Source: an uncultured Gammaproteobacteria bacterium
Lineage (GTDB): Bacteria; Patescibacteriota; Microgenomatia; UBA10105; UBA927
Reading direction: 5' to 3'
DNA: 64,000 nucleotides
NCBI GenBank assembly: GCA_964394685.1
Contig: CAYMYO010000001.1
Coordinates: forward strand, 128,132-192,131
Every line of letters starts with the position of its first letter. The stretch's first letter is position 1. The position numbers and the translations under genes are program-made. Shown piece by piece: positions 57,697 to 64,000 of the stretch. The notes beneath the pieces are model-generated. The model worked only from the letters and a program-made list of their open reading frames with translations. It had not been told where the DNA came from and ran no database searches.

Positions 57697-60468
57697 TCAT
57701 TGTGGTCGCAACTTATTCAGAATTTCTCCCAGTTTTTTCATTTCTTCTCCGTATCTTCCCCAATCTCCCTCCTTTTGGGCACGGATGGCGGCATCGTAGG
57801 TCTCGGCGGCCTGTTTGCTGAGATTATCCGAAGGAGCTATTACACTTGCCGGCTTGGCTTGTTGGCCGGTGCCGGTGCCAAAGAGTCTAGCTAGCCCTGC
57901 CTCCAATGTCTCCTCCATAACTATCTTGTTTTCGTAGGCGACAATAACGCGTTTGAGCTCGGGGATTTTACCTGTATCTGCCTTCAGATAGAGCGGCCGA
58001 ACATAAAGGAGCGACTCCTCAATTGGGATAACCAAAAGCGATCCTTGAATGACTTGTGACCCGCCCTGATCCCATAAAGAAATTTGACGGCTGACTTCTG
58101 CGTCTTGATTGATCCGGCTAATGACTTGTTTAGGACCGAACACCAATGTATCCTTGGGGAAGCGGTAGACAACTAGTTTGCCGTACTGCTGCCCGTCATT
58201 TCTGGCTACCATCCAAGCAGAAAGATTGTCTTTGGCTCTTGGTGTAAACGGCAGCATCAGAATATATTCCTCGGTTTTCTCGCCCGGAAGCTTCATAATC
58301 ATGTGGCGGGGTGTCATTGCGGGCACCTTGCTGTCAGCTTGCTGTTCACCTTCTTGGGCGATGGCCGGTATTTCCCACAGGTCTTCTTTGTTGTAAAAGA
58401 TTTGCGGATCATCCATATGGTATGTGGTATAGACAGCAGTTTGCAGGGAAAAGATGTCTTCTGGATAGCGCAGGTGCGGCACAAGATTTTTGGGCAGGTC
58501 GGAAAGCGGACGGAACATGTTGGGGAACATTTTGGTGTAGGTTTTGATAATCGGATCTTCGGAATCAGCTTGATACAAATTCACCGATCCGTCATATGCG
58601 TCCACCACTGCCTTGACTGAGTTTCTGATGTAATTAATCCTTCGACTTCGCTCAGGACTACCGTTTAGTGGTAATGGCTGGGAATACGGGTATCGGTCGG
58701 TTGAAGTATACGCATCGACGATCCAATAGAGTTTGCCTTCGGCAACCACGAGATATGGGTCCCGATCGTATGTCAAAAATGGCGCAACTTTCGCCACTCT
58801 CTCTTTTATATTCCGGTTGTAGAGAATACGGCTTTCGCCGGTTATATCGCCGGATAAAAACATTTTGAGTGAGGCAAAACGAAATGCATAGAGGAGCCTA
58901 CGCACGAGCGAATTGAGTTCCACGCCACCTTTTCCTGCATAGGTGGTGTACACATTCTCTTCCCCTTTGGGATAATCAAATTCTTTCGATTTGGTTTTGG
59001 TAATGACATAGTCGTTGAGAATCTCACCGTAGTAAATTTCCGGTCTGGTTATAGCGAGTTCTTTCACTTCCGATTTGGGGGGCAAATCTTTGACAAAAAG
59101 GACCGGCAAGCCTTCCGGAGTCACCTGATTTACCGGTCCGGCGGCAATGCCATAGCCGTGGGTAAATGTCAATCGTTCGTTAATCCATGCTTTGTTAGGA
59201 AGACTGTCGGAAGCCAGTTCCCTTGGGGAAAGCATAACCTGTCGTACTTCTCCATCTATGGTATAGCGGTCGTTATCCACGTTTGCAAACTCGTAGTAGG
59301 TTCTAATCTCTTGTATTTGCGAAAAAGTGGAAAGCAGCGGCGCTCTGTCCCAAAGCCTGACATTTTTAATAGTAAGATTATTGGCGGCAATGTCAACGCT
59401 TGTAATGGGTTTATCCGCGGCGATTTCCCGTTCTTCAATTTTATCCAGTCCATATGCCTTACGGGTAGCTTCGATATTATGGGTAATAAACGGCGTCTCT
59501 TTGGTAAGTTCATTGGGAGCAACGACTAATTTTTGAAAGACGCTTGGGACTATGCCGGAAACAAGTCCTACCACAACAGTGAGGGAGATCGCGCCCACGA
59601 GTGGTGAAATGTTTCCACTTATGCCATAAAACAGGGCCAGAATGGCGGAAATCCCATAGACAAAAACGGAAATTTTTATGATCGGGATCATTACGTTTGC
59701 ATCAGTAAACGCCGCGCCAAATACTGGCCCGCTTTGGGCGGTGAGGAGGTTATAGAGCGAAAGATAGGTACTGAGGGAGACCGTGGCAAGAAAAAGCGCT
59801 AAAAGGATGCCGATATGCAATCTGGCGTGTTGGTCCGCTTGCACTGAGCTTGTCGAATGTGTATTTGTATGTTTTACTAATTTAATGGGTAATTTGAACT
59901 TCCCCAAAAGAGCAGAGAGATTTAGGCTGCCGCGAAGAAAATAGATAGCACCGCTTATCATAAGCGACAATAAAACAAGAAATCGCAGGAGGCCCAAGCC
60001 CAGAGTGTAGACTGGAAGGGAAAATACGTAAAAGCTTATATCACGGCCAAACAGTGGATCGGTTTGGCCAAAGGGGGTGGCGGATAAGAATTTTAAGACA
60101 TCCTGCCAGCTGGCAGCCGCGACAAGGCCGATAAAAAAAGATACGGCTAGACAAATAGCAATACCAAATTTTTTAACTATCCGATCATTCAGACTCAAAG
60201 GTTGGCCAATGAGAGCTTCGGGGATAGCCAACATCCAGGGAATTTTTGAACGCATTGCAACCAGAAAGTTCGTCAGAAGAAAGGCGGCGGCAAAAAAGCC
60301 AACGGTAAGACCAAGAATGACTTTTGTACTGAGTGATTTGATGAAGATATCAGTAAAGCCAACTTCAGAAAACCACCACCAGTCAGTAACAAACGCAACA
60401 ATACTCGAGAAAAAGATAAAAAACGCAGCTACTATACCTATGAATGCCCAGGAAAATATTTTATTCAT
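57697..60468 (-). CDS. UPF0182 family large membrane protein.
   Basis: ~920 aa. N-terminal polytopic region with a ...FVTDWWWFSEVGF... motif, then a large extracytoplasmic domain (COG1615-like). The ORF is open to 60534; the start is placed at 60468 (MNKIFSW) to avoid overlapping the divergent ATPase gene. GC ~50%. Confidence 0.6.
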   Translation of the reverse strand: MNKIFSWAFIGIVAAFFIFFSSIVAFVTDWWWFSEVGFTDIFIKSLSTKVILGLTVGFFAAAFLLTNFLVAMRSKIPWMLAIPEALIGQPLSLNDRIVKKFGIAICLAVSFFIGLVAAASWQDVLKFLSATPFGQTDPLFGRDISFYVFSLPVYTLGLGLLRFLVLLSLMISGAIYFLRGSLNLSALLGKFKLPIKLVKHTNTHSTSSVQADQHARLHIGILLALFLATVSLSTYLSLYNLLTAQSGPVFGAAFTDANVMIPIIKISVFVYGISAILALFYGISGNISPLVGAISLTVVVGLVSGIVPSVFQKLVVAPNELTKETPFITHNIEATRKAYGLDKIEEREIAADKPITSVDIAANNLTIKNVRLWDRAPLLSTFSQIQEIRTYYEFANVDNDRYTIDGEVRQVMLSPRELASDSLPNKAWINERLTFTHGYGIAAGPVNQVTPEGLPVLFVKDLPPKSEVKELAITRPEIYYGEILNDYVITKTKSKEFDYPKGEENVYTTYAGKGGVELNSLVRRLLYAFRFASLKMFLSGDITGESRILYNRNIKERVAKVAPFLTYDRDPYLVVAEGKLYWIVDAYTSTDRYPYSQPLPLNGSPERSRRINYIRNSVKAVVDAYDGSVNLYQADSEDPIIKTYTKMFPNMFRPLSDLPKNLVPHLRYPEDIFSLQTAVYTTYHMDDPQIFYNKEDLWEIPAIAQEGEQQADSKVPAMTPRHMIMKLPGEKTEEYILMLPFTPRAKDNLSAWMVARNDGQQYGKLVVYRFPKDTLVFGPKQVISRINQDAEVSRQISLWDQGGSQVIQGSLLVIPIEESLLYVRPLYLKADTGKIPELKRVIVAYENKIVMEETLEAGLARLFGTGTGQQAKPASVIAPSDNLSKQAAETYDAAIRAQKEGDWGRYGEEMKKLGEILNKLRPQ

Positions 60469-60525
60469 TAGACTATATCTTTTATACCAAAATGTTATGC
60501 AAAATGATAGCATTAGTTTATCTAT

Positions 60526-63000
60526 ATGAAACAAAACGTCGGATTGTCAGACAAACAAGCGCAGAAACTGCTCACTCAATATGGGTTTAACGAAATTGTT
60601 TGTAAACCAAGGCAAACACCTCTGCAGATTTTCCTCACCCAATTTACAAGTCTACTTGTGGTCTTGTTGATTATTGCTTCTGTCGCTTCGTTGTTTTTGG
60701 GAGATCTGTTGGATGGAATTTTTATTCTTCTTATCGTCATTCTCAACGGTATATTGGGTTTTATCCAAGAATACAAAGCCGAAAAAACTATTGCGGCGTT
60801 AAAGCAAATGACCGTTGCCACGGTACGGGTTATACGAGGCGGGACAGAACAAAAAATAGACAGCAAGCTTTTGGTTCCCGGTGACCTCGTCATGCTTGAG
60901 GAAGGCGATAAAATCCCAGCTGATTGTGAGCTTCTGGAAAGCCTGCATTTGGAGGCAAACGAAGCGTCGCTTACTGGCGAATCGATGGCTGTCGAAAAGA
61001 ACACTTATGAAGAAGAGAAAAAACATGTATTTTTAGGCACTATAGTCGCCAAGGGGAGAGCCAAAGCATGTGTCACTGCCACCGGAATGCAGACCCGCTT
61101 TGGTCAGATTGCCGCATCTTTATCCCAGATCAAGGAGGAGGAAACACCGCTGCAAAAAAAACTGGATGTTTTAGGTAAACAGTTGGGAATCTTGGCACTG
61201 GGGGCAAGCGGCACCGTATTTATTATCGGTTTTTTTGCCAAACATCCATTGATTGAGATGATGTTAACAAGTATAAGCCTGGCTGTGGCCGCGGTACCGG
61301 AGGGGTTGCCGGCAGTTATCACCATTACCCTAGCCGTTGGAATGCAGCGCATGGCAAGGGAAAAAGCAATTCTTAGGAAACTATCGTCGATTGAAGCACT
61401 GGGGAGTGCCACAGTTATTGCCACAGACAAGACCGGCACACTGACCAAGAATGAAATGCGGGTAACAAAAGTATGGGGGGATGCAGACAAGATTTTAACC
61501 GCTGGAGTTATTTGCAATAACGCCAGTTTAATATTTAAACATGATCACGGCACCTACGACGTTTTGGGAGATACTACCGAGGGGGCGCTGCTACTTTTAG
61601 CCTCAGATAAGGGTCTAAAGTCCGAGCAAGTTAAACAAAACGGCACGCTCCTTGAGGAATTTGCTTTTGACCCCGTACTGAAAATGATGACCGTTGTATG
61701 GGAAAGCAATAAGCAAAAAACTATCTACACCAAAGGGGCTCCGGAATCTGTTTTAAAAAGTTGTACCTTGGATGCGCAGTCGAGACAGAATGTTGAAAAA
61801 GAATTCCGTGAGTATGCAAAAGAAGGTTTGCGTGTTATTGCGCTGGCATATAAAAACGTAACGCACACGCCAAAAACCTGCCAGGAAGCTGAACGGGATT
61901 TGACATTTATCGGATTTGTGGGGATTGCCGACCCGCCTCGCGAAGAAGTGAAAGATGCCATTGCTGTCGCCGAAGCCGCAGGCATCAGAACCATTATGAT
62001 TACTGGCGATAATGAACTGACGGCCAATGCCATTGGCACAAAAATCGGCCTGATTAAGCAAAATGATGAGATTATTACCGGTAGTCAATTTGCAAAGCTT
62101 TCTGATGAAGAAGCACTCGGTCGACTTAATAATATTCGTATTTTTGCCCGGACTACTCCTGACCAGAAACTACGTATTGTGCAACTCCTGCAAAAAATGG
62201 GTCACATTGTTGCCGTGACTGGAGACGGGGTGAATGACGCCCTGGCTCTTAAAGAATCAAATGTTGGTGTCGCTATGGGGATCACGGGAACAGATGTGGC
62301 CAAGGAAGCCGCCGATATGATCATTACCGATGATAATTATGCGACACTCGTGAGTGCTGTTGAAGAAGGCAGGACGATTTTTGACAATATCAAATCAGCC
62401 GTAAAATATTTAGTCGGATGCAATGTGGGTGAAGTTGTCGCAGTACTCATCGGTATGCTTTTGGGCTGGCCGCTTATTTTGACTCCTCTACAGCTTTTGT
62501 ATATCAACCTTGTCACCGACGGATTGCCGGCAATTGCCCTGGCGGTAACGCCAAAATATGACGGCATTATGAAGAGAAAACCGCGAACAACCAAAAGTAT
62601 TTTTAGTTCGCTTGATGGTGCCTGGTTTTTGGAGGTGAGTATATTGACCGCCGTTACTACGTTGATTGCCTTTTGGATTGGACAAAGATTCGGTAATCTG
62701 GAACTGGCCCGGGCAATGGCATTCACTACCATCATCCTCGTCCAGCATTTTATTTTACTCGATGTTTGGACACGAGATAGCTCTATTTTAAAGAAGAATA
62801 TCTTTGCCGATAAAATTTTTCTCGTGGCATTTTTCGGACCACTTATGTTGCAACCGCTCCTTATTTACATCCCACTTCTGTCCGGCATCTTTAAGATCAC
62901 CCAGGTGTCGCTTATTCAATTAGTACTCGTTGTAGCTCTTTCGGCAATACTCCTTGTGTCATCAGAAATCCGAAAGGCCGTATTTTTACGCCGCGGATAA
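60526..63000 (+). CDS. Cation-transporting P-type ATPase (P2-type, Ca2+-ATPase-like).
   Basis: DKTGTLT phosphorylation motif (ATDKTGTLTKNEM), TGES, TGDGVNDALAL, and an MKQNVGLSDKQAQKLLTQYGFNE N-terminus typical of PMCA/SERCA-like pumps. Confidence 0.85.
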   Translation: MKQNVGLSDKQAQKLLTQYGFNEIVCKPRQTPLQIFLTQFTSLLVVLLIIASVASLFLGDLLDGIFILLIVILNGILGFIQEYKAEKTIAALKQMTVATVRVIRGGTEQKIDSKLLVPGDLVMLEEGDKIPADCELLESLHLEANEASLTGESMAVEKNTYEEEKKHVFLGTIVAKGRAKACVTATGMQTRFGQIAASLSQIKEEETPLQKKLDVLGKQLGILALGASGTVFIIGFFAKHPLIEMMLTSISLAVAAVPEGLPAVITITLAVGMQRMAREKAILRKLSSIEALGSATVIATDKTGTLTKNEMRVTKVWGDADKILTAGVICNNASLIFKHDHGTYDVLGDTTEGALLLLASDKGLKSEQVKQNGTLLEEFAFDPVLKMMTVVWESNKQKTIYTKGAPESVLKSCTLDAQSRQNVEKEFREYAKEGLRVIALAYKNVTHTPKTCQEAERDLTFIGFVGIADPPREEVKDAIAVAEAAGIRTIMITGDNELTANAIGTKIGLIKQNDEIITGSQFAKLSDEEALGRLNNIRIFARTTPDQKLRIVQLLQKMGHIVAVTGDGVNDALALKESNVGVAMGITGTDVAKEAADMIITDDNYATLVSAVEEGRTIFDNIKSAVKYLVGCNVGEVVAVLIGMLLGWPLILTPLQLLYINLVTDGLPAIALAVTPKYDGIMKRKPRTTKSIFSSLDGAWFLEVSILTAVTTLIAFWIGQRFGNLELARAMAFTTIILVQHFILLDVWTRDSSILKKNIFADKIFLVAFFGPLMLQPLLIYIPLLSGIFKITQVSLIQLVLVVALSAILLVSSEIRKAVFLRRG

Positions 63001-63933
63001 CTTCAAAGTTAACAGATAAATAAGCGATAGTACTAACAAAAATACTCCAACCCGCTTCGGCACCACTTTTCCACTGTAGCGTCGTAAAACAAAAACAAAA
63101 CCAATTGTCGTCGCCATCAACCATGCCCAGTCTTCAACAGGTATGATTATTACAGGAGAAAAAATAGTCACCAGACCACCAACAAACAGCAGGTTATAGA
63201 TATTGCTGCCGATGATGTTTCCGATAGCAATCTTCTCCTGATCTTCTTTCTGGCTGAATATGGTAGTCAATAGTTCAGGTAACGAGGTAACAATCGCGGT
63301 CAAGGACAGCCCGAGAACAGTAGTGGAGTAGCCCGTGACTATTGATATACCTTCAACCGAAGAGACAAGTAAAACTCCTCCGATAATGATACCGATTAAT
63401 GAAAGTGCAAGCGATACAAACCCTCCAAGGGTAAACCGTCCCTTCTTATGATTATTAAACCTTGCTGCGTCCTCATGATCTCTGCCAAAAATTGCCCATT
63501 GGTACTCTAACACGGTAACGATCAGCGCTGACGTTAGGAGGAATAATCCGGATAGCAAAGGCGGGAACGCCATAAATTGCAGGAATACAAAAACTCCGGT
63601 TACGCCAAGAAGCAAAAGAGCGTTTCTTTGTGTCTTGGTTTTTCCGATACGCAGTTTTCCAACGAGAATAGCAGTGGGCAACACCATAAGAATATTGATA
63701 ATATTTGAACCGATGATGTTACCTAATGCTAAACCGATATCGTTTTTTATTACAGCAATCAATGAAACCGAAAGTTCCGGTAGCGATGTTCCCAATGCTA
63801 CAATAGTCATGCCAACAATCAGCGGAGAAATCCGAAAGGCCAGAGAAATATTTTTCGCTAATCTAACGAATGCCCGGGTAGACAGTAAAAGGAAAATAAC
63901 GCCCAAACAAAATTTCAAGAACAAATCCAACAT
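62986..63933 (-). CDS. Sodium/calcium exchanger family (CaCA, YrbG-like) membrane protein.
   Basis: Two alpha-repeat motifs: GTSLPELSVSL and GNIIGSNIxN in the N-terminal half, then TSLPELLTT and GNIIGSNIYN in the C-terminal half. Confidence 0.75.
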   Translation of the reverse strand: MLDLFLKFCLGVIFLLLSTRAFVRLAKNISLAFRISPLIVGMTIVALGTSLPELSVSLIAVIKNDIGLALGNIIGSNIINILMVLPTAILVGKLRIGKTKTQRNALLLLGVTGVFVFLQFMAFPPLLSGLFLLTSALIVTVLEYQWAIFGRDHEDAARFNNHKKGRFTLGGFVSLALSLIGIIIGGVLLVSSVEGISIVTGYSTTVLGLSLTAIVTSLPELLTTIFSQKEDQEKIAIGNIIGSNIYNLLFVGGLVTIFSPVIIIPVEDWAWLMATTIGFVFVLRRYSGKVVPKRVGVFLLVLSLIYLLTLKLSAA

Positions 63934-64000
63934 AAATCCATTATATGTTTTTCATAAGTATTTTGTAAATAAAAACGGCGAAAATTTCTCCGGTGGAAAG

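Noticed and set aside
57503-57700. 65-aa minus-strand ORF (MILFTLIRKILVPLVPLV...) between the zincin-like gene and UPF0182.
   Set aside because: It could be a real small membrane protein (one hydrophobic helix, 4-bp overlap with the UPF0182 stop). It was not called because GC-rich DNA inflates ORF length and no family signal is present. Worth re-checking with comparative data.
60103-60116. CTGCCAGCTGGCAG 14-bp palindrome inside the UPF0182 coding region.
   Set aside because: It is a single copy in GC-rich DNA where such palindromes arise more easily. It encodes an ordinary ASWQ stretch. Noted only as a cousin of the 53560 core.
60077-60529. 150-aa plus-strand ORF overlapping the 5' region of the UPF0182 gene.
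   Set aside because: It is the antisense shadow of the strongly supported UPF0182 CDS. No independent evidence supports it.
1-64000. Possible CRISPR array, rRNA genes, IS elements or integrases.
   Set aside because: No regularly spaced identical short repeats, no rRNA-like conserved blocks, and no transposase or integrase-like ORFs were recognised in any frame.
1-64000. Alternative genetic code (UGA recoded), as in some CPR lineages.
   Set aside because: Many well-aligned housekeeping genes (ddl, ftsA, murB and others) terminate cleanly at TGA, with downstream genes starting at overlapping ATGA. This is consistent with the standard code.

Overview
This 64 kb window is low-GC (roughly 37-40% by eye over most of its length), uses the standard genetic code (long ORFs end on TGA/TAA/TAG, with many ATGA start/stop overlaps), and is densely coded. 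Gene content and organisation look like a small-genome bacterium of the CPR/Patescibacteria type, though that is not proven.

Layout from start to end:
- 1-11.6 kb: a surface-polysaccharide/glycosylation locus. It has two GT-C membrane glycosyltransferase-like proteins, GT4/GT2/GT4/GT4 enzymes, a ManC-type mannose-1-phosphate guanylyltransferase, a priming polyprenyl-phosphate sugar transferase and a 666-aa membrane-anchored protein of unknown function.
- 11.6-13.5 kb: recO and a dimeric-type glyQS.
- 14.0-37.4 kb: an unusually complete, co-directional cell-wall/division supercluster, mraZ-rsmH-ftsL-ftsI-(VOC-like)-murE-pgeF-murC-murB-murA-(NTP-transferase/LbH)-ddl-murF-(MBL hydrolase)-dgkA-mraY-murI-murD-ftsW-murG-ftsQ-ftsA-ftsZ-def. 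A phased ATGG(G) operator-like array sits upstream of mraZ.
- 37.4-41.0 kb: a three-gene minus-strand cassette (GT2-GT4-Wzx flippase) bracketed by ~63-bp imperfect direct repeats.
- 41.0-56.3 kb: a GT87/DUF2029 membrane protein, an AlkA/Ogg-like HhH-GPD glycosylase, a DUF2079-like membrane protein, type-2 ileS, a RodA-like SEDS protein, rplU-(RNA methyltransferase-like)-rpmA, parB, lepB, tRNA-Val(GAC), GT4, GT2, a Wzy-like protein, an Ig-like repeat protein and tRNA-Thr(CGU).
- 57.1-64.0 kb: composition shifts abruptly to about 50-55% GC. This block encodes an actinobacterial-type zincin-like metallopeptidase (PF06262-like), a UPF0182 giant membrane protein, a P-type Ca2+-ATPase-like pump and a CaCA Na+/Ca2+ exchanger. 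It is probably a horizontally acquired block.

The most unusual sequence-level signal is a family of GC-rich 20-bp perfect or near-perfect palindromes (CCTGCCTGCCGGCAGGCAGG). They lie in-frame inside or at the 3' ends of four genes (ftsA, rpmA, two GT4 genes, encoding (L/P)(P/A/T)(A/G)GR(Q/A)-type peptides) and once in the ftsA-ftsZ spacer.

No CRISPR array, rRNA, transposase or integrase gene was seen.
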